28,436 bases of DNA, taken from the sequence record NZ_CP021969.1; one strand, 5' to 3'. Shown here one piece after another: positions 1 to 8,344 of the stretch. Made by a program: the position numbers and the translations under genes. The first letter of the stretch is position 1. Each line of letters starts with the position of its first letter. The notes below the pieces were generated by a model. It searched no databases and was not told the DNA's origin. It saw only the letters and a program-made list of their open reading frames with translations. Source of the DNA: a plasmid.

Positions 1-73
1 CTGTCTCCCAATTAGATATGGTTTTATTAGACACCAATAATTTATTAGCCAAATCCATTTGTGTTAGAGACAT
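1..73 (-). CDS. 5' end (first ~24 codons) of XRE-family HTH regulator gene; gene body lies upstream of window start (partial)
   Basis: Reverse complement of 1-73 begins ATGTCTCTAACACAAATGGATTTGGCTAATAAA (MSLTQMDLANK), identical to the start of the 14302..14033 ORF. GAGG RBS on minus strand at 80-90. Confidence 0.5.
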   Translation of the reverse strand, partial: MSLTQMDLANKLLVSNKTISNWET

Positions 74-316
74 TTTTTGCCTCTTTGCTTTTATCAAATT
101 ATGGAATATCACGACTATCCTCCCTGCACTTGTTATGACATTAAACATATCCCTATGACGTCAATTTAGCAATGGAAAGTCCTTACCAATCCTTATGATA
201 AGGGTTCATTATCGTGCTATTTAAAGTTAACCAAAATTGATTTGAGCTACTTTCACTGCGCTTCAATTAATATTTATTATGTTAGTTTATTTAGTTCAGC
301 TGTTATTTTTCTACCA

Positions 317-356
317 GAAGTCAAGTGTTTCAAGGTACTTGACTTCTTTTCTTTTT
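317..356 (+). terminator. Perfect 10-bp inverted repeat (GAAGTCAAGT / ACTTGACTTC, 10-nt loop) followed by TTTTCTTTTT; orphan rho-independent terminator-like hairpin
   Basis: Seen directly; no plus-strand CDS precedes it. Confidence 0.4.
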
Positions 357-597
357 AGCTTCCTTCATTAAAAAAATCCAGATTAAGCAGTAAATTAACA
401 CAAAAATACCCTCAAATTATTTCTTCAACCTGATATATATTCAATATGCTATATATTGTTTGAATGGATAAAATTAGACTATTAAAAAATGCCAATTTTA
501 ACATAATTATCGGCTATAATTCTATAACATTTAATAAATGAGGATAATTGATTGATGAACACTATATTATTAATTAAAAAAAGTTGAGCAAATTTTC

Positions 598-626
598 TTG
601 TTTTCTTTTATGAAAACGTTTACAAT
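598..626 (+). promoter_or_regulatory. Sigma-70-type promoter TTGTTT-17nt-TACAAT upstream of dehydrogenase operon
   Basis: -35 at 598-603, -10 at 621-626, about 40 nt upstream of RBS AAAGGAG and ATG at 669. Confidence 0.45.
611..624 (+). promoter_or_regulatory. Catabolite-responsive element (cre) TGAAAACGTTTACA overlapping promoter spacer and -10
   Basis: Perfect fit to cre consensus WTGNAANCGNWNNCW (preceding base A); the position overlapping the -10 would give CcpA-mediated repression. Confidence 0.5.
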
Positions 627-668
627 TTAAGATGTTCATGGTGTGAAAAAAATCAAAGGAGAACAAAC

Positions 669-1685
669 ATGGAAGCACTTGTGTTAACTGGTACAAAAAA
701 ATTAGAGGTTAAAAGCATTGAAAAACCTGAGGTTAAGCCCAATGAAGTTTTGATTCATACAGCATTCGCTGGTATTTGTGGTACTGATCATGCTTTGTAT
801 GCCGGCCTTCCCGGCTCAGCAGATGCTGTACCACCAATTGTTTTGGGTCATGAAAATTCCGGTGTTGTAGCTGAGATTGGTTCATCTGTTACAAACGTTA
901 AGGTAGGAGACCGTGTGACGGTTGATCCTAATATTTACTGCGGTCAATGTAAGTATTGCCGTACGGGACGCCCAGAACTTTGCGAAAACTTGTCGGCTGT
1001 TGGTGTTACACGTAATGGTGGATTTGAGGAATACTTTACGGCACCTGCATCAGTTGTTTACCAAATTCCTGATAATGTGTCATTGAAGTCAGCTGCTGTG
1101 GTTGAACCTATTTCATGTGCAGTGCACGGAATTAAGTTGCTTAAAGTAACACCATATCAAAAAGCTTTAGTTATTGGTGATGGATTTATGGGTGAACTAT
1201 TTGTTCAACTTTTGCAAGCTTATGGCATTCACCAAGTCGATTTGGCCGGTATTGTTCCTGAAAAGCTTGCTATGAATAAAGAAAATTTTGGCGTGAAAAA
1301 CACCTACAATACCAAAGATGGTGATAAAATTCCTGAGGGCGCTTATGATGTTGTTGTTGAAGCAGTTGGTTTACCACAAACACAAGAAGCAGCCATTGAG
1401 GCTTCAGCCCGTGGTGCTCAAGTTTTGATGTTTGGTGTTGGCGGTCCTGACGCAAAGTTCCAAATGAACACTTATGAAGTCTTCCAAAAGCAATTGACGA
1501 TTCAAGGATCATTTATCAATCCAAATGCCTTTGAAGATTCATTGGCATTGTTGTCATCAGGCAAGTTGAATGTTGAGGATTTGATGTCACATGAATTAGA
1601 CTACAAGACTGTTGACGATTTTGTTAACGGTAAGCTTGGTGTCGTTTCCAAAGCTGTGGTTAAGGTTGGCGGAGAAGAGGCATAA
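669..1685 (+). CDS. Zn-dependent medium-chain dehydrogenase (polyol/sorbitol or alcohol dehydrogenase family), 338 aa
   Basis: Catalytic Zn Cys in GICGTDHALYAG, GHENSGVVAEIG motif, structural-Zn cluster CGQCKYCRTGRPELC, Rossmann GxGxxG (VIGDGFMG). RBS AAAGGAGAACAAAC-ATG. Confidence 0.9.
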   Translation: MEALVLTGTKKLEVKSIEKPEVKPNEVLIHTAFAGICGTDHALYAGLPGSADAVPPIVLGHENSGVVAEIGSSVTNVKVGDRVTVDPNIYCGQCKYCRTGRPELCENLSAVGVTRNGGFEEYFTAPASVVYQIPDNVSLKSAAVVEPISCAVHGIKLLKVTPYQKALVIGDGFMGELFVQLLQAYGIHQVDLAGIVPEKLAMNKENFGVKNTYNTKDGDKIPEGAYDVVVEAVGLPQTQEAAIEASARGAQVLMFGVGGPDAKFQMNTYEVFQKQLTIQGSFINPNAFEDSLALLSSGKLNVEDLMSHELDYKTVDDFVNGKLGVVSKAVVKVGGEEA

Positions 1686-1688
1686 TCA

Positions 1689-2417
1689 ATGGATTCACAA
1701 GACGTCTTAGACAGTAAAATTCATGGTCGCAAGTTAACAATTGGTGTCTCATTGTCTTATTTTATTTTCTCTTTAGTGATTAATGCTGCCGGTAACGTTT
1801 TAACTGTTGTTACAAGTCAAAAAATACACCCAACCTTTTTAGGATCAGCGTATTGGACTGCTGCATCAGCTGGAGTTAATAAAGCGATATTTAATGGAAA
1901 CAGCAGCATGCTGGGATGGGTGTTTTTCGTTATTGGTGTGGTTGTTGCTATTTTAAATGTCTTTCTTCAGGGACACTTTAACGCAAGAAAATTTTTTGGT
2001 AACATTGCATTCATGGTGCCTTTCTCCGCATTGATTAGTTATTTCGCCAATATCTTTTCAAGCATTATGCCTGATTCACAAAGTATTGGTATGACAATTT
2101 TCTATGTTATTTTAAATTTTTTCGGTGTTTTCTTAATTGCCATTGCTATTTCTATTTATCAACGTGTTAATTTGGTATTACATCCAGCAGATGATTTGAT
2201 GCAAATTTTACGCTTTAAATATTTTAAAGGTTCCGCGGCCAAGGCCATGTGGGCGTCCTATATTCCACCAACTATCTTAGCTATTATTGCAATCATCATT
2301 TACCCTGATTTTTCAAATTATGGGTTAGGAACAGTTTTTGCCTTCTTATTCCAGGGTGGTATAACTGGTTGGGGAGACAAGGCAATTTTCCCAAATTTAA
2401 AGCACCAAGGCGTGTAA
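1689..2417 (+). CDS. Uncharacterised integral membrane protein (about 6 predicted TM segments), translationally coupled to dehydrogenase
   Basis: ATG 3 nt after dehydrogenase stop; strongly hydrophobic segments throughout; no recognisable transporter family motif. Confidence 0.7.
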   Translation: MDSQDVLDSKIHGRKLTIGVSLSYFIFSLVINAAGNVLTVVTSQKIHPTFLGSAYWTAASAGVNKAIFNGNSSMLGWVFFVIGVVVAILNVFLQGHFNARKFFGNIAFMVPFSALISYFANIFSSIMPDSQSIGMTIFYVILNFFGVFLIAIAISIYQRVNLVLHPADDLMQILRFKYFKGSAAKAMWASYIPPTILAIIAIIIYPDFSNYGLGTVFAFLFQGGITGWGDKAIFPNLKHQGV

Positions 2418-2463
2418 AAGTAACTGATAAATTAATGGTTAATATCTTAAAGGAGCAAATTAA

Positions 2464-2847
2464 ATGGCATTTTCAGATTATTATTCAGGGGTCCAACACA
2501 TTGGTATTCCTACAAAAGATTTGGCAACAGCAGAAAGTTTTTGGACAAAACTTGGTTTCAAAAAGACGGGTGATTTCCCAGTCGGAGATGTTATCTTTAT
2601 GCAGCGCGATAATTTAGTTATTGAGACTTGGCACGCTGATGAGGTGGCTGGTAAGCCTGGTGCGATTAATCATATTTCAATGGATACAACAGACGCTGAT
2701 GCTGCTTTTGCTGCAGCCAAATCTGAAGGGTTTGACTTAATCGACGATGAAGTACAACATTTAGATTTCTGGAAAAAAGGAATTAAATTCTTTAATATTT
2801 CGGGACCAGATGCTGTGATTGTTGAATTTTGTGAAATTGTTAAGTAA
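2464..2847 (+). CDS. VOC / glyoxalase-bleomycin-resistance-fold protein, 127 aa
   Basis: Typical beta-alpha-beta VOC pattern (GIPTKDLATAESFWTKLGF...INHISMDTTDADAAF); RBS AAAGGAGCAAATTAA-ATG. Confidence 0.8.
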   Translation: MAFSDYYSGVQHIGIPTKDLATAESFWTKLGFKKTGDFPVGDVIFMQRDNLVIETWHADEVAGKPGAINHISMDTTDADAAFAAAKSEGFDLIDDEVQHLDFWKKGIKFFNISGPDAVIVEFCEIVK

Positions 2848-2858
2848 AAGATGTTTCT

Positions 2859-2887
2859 CAACGGCTATCTTGCGATGGCCGTTTTTT
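2859..2887 (+). terminator. Weak hairpin (ACGGC/GCCGT, 12-nt loop) plus T6 after the VOC gene; possible partial terminator or attenuator
   Basis: Seen directly; only a 5-bp stem. Confidence 0.25.
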
Positions 2888-3018
2888 CAGACATTTTCAG
2901 GGAGAATTATTATGTAAAAATATTAGCTTAAATTGTCTGTGAACAATCTATTAGACTCACAATGATGAGCGCTATATGATTACTGTGAATAATTAATTGA
3001 TAAAGAAAAGAGAACAAG

Positions 3019-3888
3019 ATGGGATTATTGGGTGCAATTGAAGCAGGTGGAACAAAATTTGTTGTTGCTGTAGCTGATCATAATTATAATATTGTAGAGC
3101 GTACAGCATTTCCAACGTTGGATGGTCAGAAAACGCTTGATCAAGTTATTTCGTTTTTTGATCAGTTCGATAATATTGATGCAATTGGTATTGCTGCCTT
3201 TGGCCCAATTGATATTATTGAGCAGTCTAAAACATATGGGTATGTTTTGGCCACTCCAAAAACAGGTTGGTCTGGGTATAACTTTTTGGGACGAATGAAG
3301 GAATGGCGTGACATTCCCTATTATTGGACAACTGATGTTAATGGAGCTGGCTGGGCAGAGTTTGAAACAGGTGCCGCAAAAAACGTTGACAATATGGTTT
3401 ATTTGACCGTAGGTACTGGTGTTGGAGCTGGTATTGTATCTAGTGGCCATTTAGTGAGTGGCTATAGCCACCCAGAAGCTGGACATATTTTCTTGCAAAA
3501 GCATCCAGCCGACAATTATGTGGGGCACTGCCCCTTCCATGATGATAATTGCTTGGAAGGTCTTGCGGCTGGACCTGCTATTGAGGAACGTTGGCATATG
3601 AGTGCTAAAGAAATTCCTGATGATGCTGAAGCATGGAAAATAGAAGCATTTTACTTAGCTCAGGCAGCGTTGGATTATACAATGATTCTACGTCCAGATA
3701 AAATCGTTTTTGGCGGTGGGGTGCCACATCGTGAAATGTTATTCCCACTCATTCGTGAAAGTTTTGCAGAACAAATGAGTGATTATCTTGATGTGCCAGA
3801 CTTAGACAATTACATTGTTCCTGTAGCGAATGGTGATAATGCCGGAATTTTGGGTTGTTTTTACTTGGCCAAAACATTATTGCCTTAA
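3019..3888 (+). CDS. ROK-family fructokinase, 289 aa
   Basis: N-terminal LGAIEAGGTKF ATP-binding motif; ROK zinc motif GHCPFHDDNCLEG; overall ROK sugar-kinase length. Confidence 0.9.
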   Translation: MGLLGAIEAGGTKFVVAVADHNYNIVERTAFPTLDGQKTLDQVISFFDQFDNIDAIGIAAFGPIDIIEQSKTYGYVLATPKTGWSGYNFLGRMKEWRDIPYYWTTDVNGAGWAEFETGAAKNVDNMVYLTVGTGVGAGIVSSGHLVSGYSHPEAGHIFLQKHPADNYVGHCPFHDDNCLEGLAAGPAIEERWHMSAKEIPDDAEAWKIEAFYLAQAALDYTMILRPDKIVFGGGVPHREMLFPLIRESFAEQMSDYLDVPDLDNYIVPVANGDNAGILGCFYLAKTLLP

Positions 3889-3960
3889 AATATAATTTTG
3901 TTAATTACGCTTAACATAGATAAAGCAAATAATACTTGTCATTGTCTAAAGTCCATTATT

Positions 3961-4542
3961 TTAACCAAAATTAATTTGATCTAATATTGTTTCTCGGCTT
4001 GCTTGATCTAATCCTAAATAAGTTAACGTCATTGCTTCACTAGAATGATTTAACAATTGCATAACCAATCCAATATTATAGTTGGACTGCATGTAGACGC
4101 GATAAGCACCAGTTTTTCGCATGGTATGGGTGCCTATCCCTAAAAGGTCGCCAACCTTAGCCATAACCTTGTAGAATTGTTTCTCAGTAATATGACGCTC
4201 TGGGTGCTGAATTGAGGGGAAAAGCCACTCAGAAATCAGATTTTGTTGCTGAAGCCAATCATAGTAATCCAGTAAATCAGCGTGAACAGGTTTGAGGTAG
4301 AGAGTGTTGGCTTTACCTGTTTTTTGATCGTGGATGAATGTATTTTGCTTAATCGTTCCATCTGCGGTGAATACATCAGACCTTTTCAGCTGCATGACAT
4401 CACTAACCCGTAGTAGGGTCGCTTTACCCAGTTGAAAAATGGTGTAATTACGCCTGCCTGCACGAAAACTATTTAAAAGGGTCTCCTGAACATTTTTTAA
4501 AATGTTGGAATCTTTAATCGGTAAAACAATTTGTTGCACCAT
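3961..4542 (-). CDS. Minimal tyrosine recombinase / phage-integrase-family protein (catalytic domain only), 193 aa
   Basis: Catalytic signature residues: R in LLRVSDV, HTMRKTGAYRVY (HxxR box), C-terminal HSSEAMTLTYLG (nucleophile Tyr). No N-terminal core-binding domain. Confidence 0.8.
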   Translation of the reverse strand: MVQQIVLPIKDSNILKNVQETLLNSFRAGRRNYTIFQLGKATLLRVSDVMQLKRSDVFTADGTIKQNTFIHDQKTGKANTLYLKPVHADLLDYYDWLQQQNLISEWLFPSIQHPERHITEKQFYKVMAKVGDLLGIGTHTMRKTGAYRVYMQSNYNIGLVMQLLNHSSEAMTLTYLGLDQASRETILDQINFG

Positions 4543-4608
4543 TAGCTAGTCACCTCTTTATTTAAACGTTAGAATCAAGCCATATAGGCGTTATTTTAAT
4601 TATAAGCT

Positions 4609-4656
4609 AAAAAACAGCCCCTAACAAACCAAAGCGATTTGTTAGGGGCTGTTTTA
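4609..4656. terminator. Bidirectional rho-independent terminator: A6, 14-bp perfect stem (CAGCCCCTAACAAA / TTTGTTAGGGGCTG), then T4
   Basis: Seen directly; lies between the integrase start and the copB 3' region. Confidence 0.55.
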
Positions 4657-4904
4657 ATAGTCTTTCCTAGGGGTCATTATATAATTATAGACCCTGAGTT
4701 AAGGAATGTACTGATGTTTTCTAGTACAGTCCCTAGTTTGATAATGTTTATTGTATTTTTCTGTATTTAGTTATTCGATGATATCGAGGCTAATATGTCA
4801 GTCTTCCAAGCAGCCATTGGTTAGTATATCAATTTTTATAATCGCAATCGTATCTCAAATGTTGCCTAAGTAACTGAATAAAAATAGTCCAATTTATTGA
4901 CTTC

Positions 4905-4950
4905 TGAGCAAAAAGGAAGAGATGATTTTTTAAATTATTTCATCTCTTCC
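4905..4950 (-). terminator. copB rho-independent terminator: 11-bp perfect stem (GGAAGAGATGA / TCATCTCTTCC) followed on minus strand by a T-run
   Basis: Seen directly, about 70 nt downstream of copB stop (5019) on minus strand. Confidence 0.6.
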
Positions 4951-5018
4951 TTTCCTGTGAAACTATTGTATTTTTACACGATAAGGTCATTCAATTATTT
5001 CATGTGCCAAATAACTGT

Positions 5019-7229
5019 TTATTTTGGCTCTAATTTCAATGTCATAGCATTGATGGCAACAATTACAGTCGAAAGTGACATCAAGACGGCAGCGACTGCT
5101 GGACTTAATGTTATGCCAATTGGTGCTAGTATTCCTGCAGCTATTGGGATCGCGATAAAGTTATACCCTGCTCCCCAAACAAGATTTTCTTTCATCTTAC
5201 GTGTGGTCTTCTGAGCCAACTCGATAAAGGATTCAATGTCGCCAGGGTCTGACTGTGTCAAGATGACATCGGCTGAATCCAATGCTACTTGAGTTCCGGC
5301 ACCAATAGCTATACCAACGTCTGCTAGTGCAAGAGACGGTGCATCGTTGACCCCGTCACCGACCATGATAACTTTCTTTTCTTCTGCTTTAAGTTTTTCA
5401 ACTAATTCATATTTGTCTTGAGGAGATTGATTAGCTAGATAATCAATACCTAAAATTTCTGCAGCCCCTTGAGCCGCTTTTTCATTGTCACCCGTTGCCA
5501 TAATCGGCTGAATCTTGTTCTTTTTAAGGGCTTGTATTAAGGCTTTACTTGTCGGTTTTAATTCATCCCCTAAAGCTACAGCACCGATTGCTTCGTCGTT
5601 TTCTACTAAGACACTGAGGGTTGATCCTTTTGGAATATCCATATCCAGATTACGTCCATATGCTTTTTGACTGATTAATTGATAACGATGTCCGTTAGCT
5701 TGACCTTCTACACCAGCGCCAGAAATAACATCAATCGAATCAAAACTTACTGGACGTATCCCTTGATGTTCTGCGTAACTAATAATTGACTGAGCGATAG
5801 GGTGACTAGATCCACCTTCGATACCTGACAATAAGGCAACGATTTCATCTTTCGTATATTTATCATTAAGGAGTTCAACATCTAATACTTTAAACTCACC
5901 AGTTGTTAAAGTTCCAGTTTTATCTAAAACCATAACATCTGCGTTTGTAGTCAACTCCAAAGCGTCCCGGTCCTTCACTAATAATCCCCGACTGGCCCCT
6001 AAGCTGGTACTACGAGCAGTCACCAATGGAATAGCCAGACCCAGGGCATGCGGACAAGCAATAACTAATGTGGTGACTGTAAAAATAACTGCCGTTGGTA
6101 CATCAGCTATAACCATCCATATGACAAGGGCAATAAGAGCTACAATAACCGCAATATAAAAGAGCCATCCTGCAACTTTTTGTGCAAGATTTTCTGTTCG
6201 AGAATGTTGGCTTTGAGCTTGACTGATTAATGTCTGAACCTGAGAAATGAAGGACTTATCGCCCGTCTGCTTTATTTCCACATAGAGGACTCCGCCACCA
6301 TTGGTTGATCCACCGATGACCTCATCTCCAGGATTTTTTTCAATTGGTTTCGATTCCCCAGTCACAAGCGCTTCGTTTACACGTGATTCGCCACGCTGGA
6401 TCGTTCCATCTGCTGGAACATTTTCTCCGGCTTGAACACGAATCAAATCACCTACTTGCAAGTCAGCAACTGGACGAGTCTCAATCGAATCGTCTTCTAA
6501 AACAACATGAGCATCTTTCGGCACCAACTCAGCCAATGCTTTTTGCGCGTCCCCTGCTTCACCCAATGCCTTCATTTCAATCCAGTGTCCTAATAACATG
6601 ATTAAAATTAACGTTGTAAACTCAAAGAAGAAGTCCATGACATGTTCTCCGGTCACATATCGAGCGGCCACTGCGTAAACACTATAGGTATAAGAAACCG
6701 TTATTCCCAAAGTAATCAAGGACATCATGCCTGGAGCTTTTGAATTAAACTCATCTTTCGCACCCATGAAGAATGGTTTTCCGCCAAAAATGTATAGAAT
6801 TGTTGCCAATACAGCTGCTACAACGTCTGCATAAGGAAAGATAATTTGGAAAGGCAACTGAATATCCATCAAAGGAGTAATGAGTAAGATTGCAATTCCT
6901 AATGGGAGTGACTTCAAGAAAATCTCCTTAAAGCTACCGTGATGGTGGTGGGCATGCCCTCCCATTGCGCCATGATCCATTTCACTGTGATCCATCGCAT
7001 TATGATTCATCTTGCTGTGATCCATCTGACTATGTTCCATTTCATTATGGTCGTGTTTTGAGTGTTCCATGTCGCCGTGATGGTGGTGGGCATGCCCTCT
7101 CATTGCGCAATGATCCATCGCACTATGATCCATCTGACTATGTTCCATTTCATTATGGTCGTGTTTTGAGTGTTCCATGTCGCCGTGATTATGATGACTA
7201 TGTGACGAATGTTTTTTGTTATTCCTCAT
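5019..7229 (-). CDS. copB: Copper-translocating P1B-type ATPase (CopB/TcrB-like; His-rich N-terminus, CPH motif), 736 aa
   Basis: TGES (ALVTGESKP), CPH (VIACPHALG), DKTGTLT, GDGVNDAP motifs; N-terminal repeats rich in His/Met/Asp (HDHNEMEHSQMDHS). Confidence 0.95.
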   Translation of the reverse strand: MRNNKKHSSHSHHNHGDMEHSKHDHNEMEHSQMDHSAMDHCAMRGHAHHHHGDMEHSKHDHNEMEHSQMDHSKMNHNAMDHSEMDHGAMGGHAHHHHGSFKEIFLKSLPLGIAILLITPLMDIQLPFQIIFPYADVVAAVLATILYIFGGKPFFMGAKDEFNSKAPGMMSLITLGITVSYTYSVYAVAARYVTGEHVMDFFFEFTTLILIMLLGHWIEMKALGEAGDAQKALAELVPKDAHVVLEDDSIETRPVADLQVGDLIRVQAGENVPADGTIQRGESRVNEALVTGESKPIEKNPGDEVIGGSTNGGGVLYVEIKQTGDKSFISQVQTLISQAQSQHSRTENLAQKVAGWLFYIAVIVALIALVIWMVIADVPTAVIFTVTTLVIACPHALGLAIPLVTARSTSLGASRGLLVKDRDALELTTNADVMVLDKTGTLTTGEFKVLDVELLNDKYTKDEIVALLSGIEGGSSHPIAQSIISYAEHQGIRPVSFDSIDVISGAGVEGQANGHRYQLISQKAYGRNLDMDIPKGSTLSVLVENDEAIGAVALGDELKPTSKALIQALKKNKIQPIMATGDNEKAAQGAAEILGIDYLANQSPQDKYELVEKLKAEEKKVIMVGDGVNDAPSLALADVGIAIGAGTQVALDSADVILTQSDPGDIESFIELAQKTTRKMKENLVWGAGYNFIAIPIAAGILAPIGITLSPAVAAVLMSLSTVIVAINAMTLKLEPK
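6936..7196. repeat. In-frame tandem duplication (units of about 138 and 108 nt) encoding the His-rich metal-binding N-terminus of CopB
   Basis: GTGATGGTGGTGGGCATGCCCTC... recurs at 6939 and 7076; the protein shows GDMEHSKHDHNEMEHSQMDHS...GHAHHHH twice. Confidence 0.7.
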
Positions 7230-7367
7230 TTTTAATTCCTCCTTATTATATTAGAGACTGATTTTAAAGTTTTAGAACTTTCTCATCTAACACTGCATAT
7301 AATTCTCATGAAAAGGGTTCTATACTTTATCTCTATCTACTATCTATGAATAAATGGTATTCGTACT

Positions 7368-7732
7368 TTATGCACTTAATACTGAATAGTTAGTTTCTGC
7401 TAAAGCAGCATTGAGCGTTTCGGTATCAATCTCTGTTTGACTTTCAAGTACTGCTTTTTTAGTCGCTAAATCAACCTCTACAGATTCAACCCCTTCAATT
7501 GCAAAGGTTTGCGTCTTTCCCTCTTGGGCAATCAGTTCATACCCTGAATTATCCACCGCTTTTTGTAGATTTTCTACCGAAAAAGTTGGTTCATTGTATT
7601 CTATACTCAACTTTTCTGTTGCTAGGTTCACGGAAGCCTGTGTGACCCCACGTACTTTTTTGCCGCTTTTTCTACTGTCTGCGCACAAGACGCACAGGTC
7701 ATACCTTCTATGGCAAACGATTTATTCTCCAA
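7368..7732 (-). CDS. copZ: CopZ-like copper chaperone (HMA domain), apparently frameshifted at an A6 run; second degenerate HMA-like half
   Basis: From TTG at 7732 (GGAG 8 nt upstream): LENKSFAIEGMTCASCAQTVEKAAKK in one frame, then the ORF-track frame continues VRGVTQASVNLATEKLSIEY... A 1-nt shift at GCAAAAAAG joins them. The same shift is present in copy 2. Confidence 0.6.
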
Positions 7733-7744
7733 TTTTTTCGCTCC

Positions 7745-8200
7745 TTATTCTCCATGATGATGTAAATGGCAATCGCATTGCCCTTCTGTACACTGACAAT
7801 CTACTTCTTCTACTGCGAAAGCTTTTTTCATCTCTAATATTTCTTCTAGTCGCTGGATATCATCGAAGCTTAAGACATGATCTTCAATGACACTCCCTAC
7901 TACACTCCCGACATCCTTTCGACAAATACGGTTGAAAATATCGTCTGTATAATTTCCTACGGCTTCTTTCTCTTCAATATTGGTAGTATAAATAAATTTT
8001 CTACCTTCTTGCTCTGTATTTAGTACGCCTTTTTCAACCAGTCGACCTAAGAGCGTTTTGATAGTGGCTTGTTTCCAGTCCATTTTTTCTTTCAATATGG
8101 AGATGATTTCTTTACTAGTCACTCGACCATTCGCCCAGACTACACGCATAACTTCCCATTCAGCATCTGTGATATGAGGGTTAACTACTATTGTACTCAT
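7745..8200 (-). CDS. copY: CopY/TcrY copper-responsive repressor (BlaI/MecI/CopY family), 151 aa
   Basis: N-terminal winged helix (ITDAEWEVMRVVWANGRVTSKEIISIL...TIKTLLGRLVEKGVL); C-terminal CxCx4CxC (CQCTEGQCDCH); RBS GGAGGGAAAGAG. Confidence 0.9.
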   Translation of the reverse strand: MSTIVVNPHITDAEWEVMRVVWANGRVTSKEIISILKEKMDWKQATIKTLLGRLVEKGVLNTEQEGRKFIYTTNIEEKEAVGNYTDDIFNRICRKDVGSVVGSVIEDHVLSFDDIQRLEEILEMKKAFAVEEVDCQCTEGQCDCHLHHHGE

Positions 8201-8250
8201 TCTCTTTCCCTCCTTATTGTCTACATGCGTAAACGTAAATGTTTGAGATA

Positions 8251-8280
8251 AGTTTACTATTGTAAACCATTCCTGTCAAG
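8251..8280 (-). promoter_or_regulatory. copY promoter (TTGACA-17-TAAACT on minus strand) with overlapping cop-box palindrome GTTTACTATTGTAAAC (8252-8267)
   Basis: Perfect -35 TTGACA at 8275-8280 (minus); 16-bp perfect palindrome containing the TAC..GTA core of CopY/BlaI operators. Confidence 0.55.
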
Positions 8281-8344
8281 TCTTTTTTAAATAAATGTAA
8301 CCAGCTATTATTGCCTTTATTTTCCTATCTTTACCCAATACTAA

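Noticed and set aside
1270-1512. 80-aa minus-strand ORF inside dehydrogenase gene
   Set aside because: Antisense to a high-confidence CDS; no RBS.
3025-3450. 141-aa minus-strand ORF (also 17359..17667)
   Set aside because: Antisense to the strongly supported ROK fructokinase; low-complexity Asn/Ile/Cys-rich product; no RBS.
4897-5214. 105-aa plus-strand ORF
   Set aside because: Overlaps the copB 3' end and its terminator on the opposite strand; the start lies within the hairpin.
6965-7261. 98-aa plus-strand ORF with internal repeats (also 21162..21458)
   Set aside because: Antisense reading of the duplicated His-rich copB segment.
7594-7890. 98-aa plus-strand ORF spanning copZ/copY junction
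   Set aside because: Antisense to two well-supported cop genes; no RBS.
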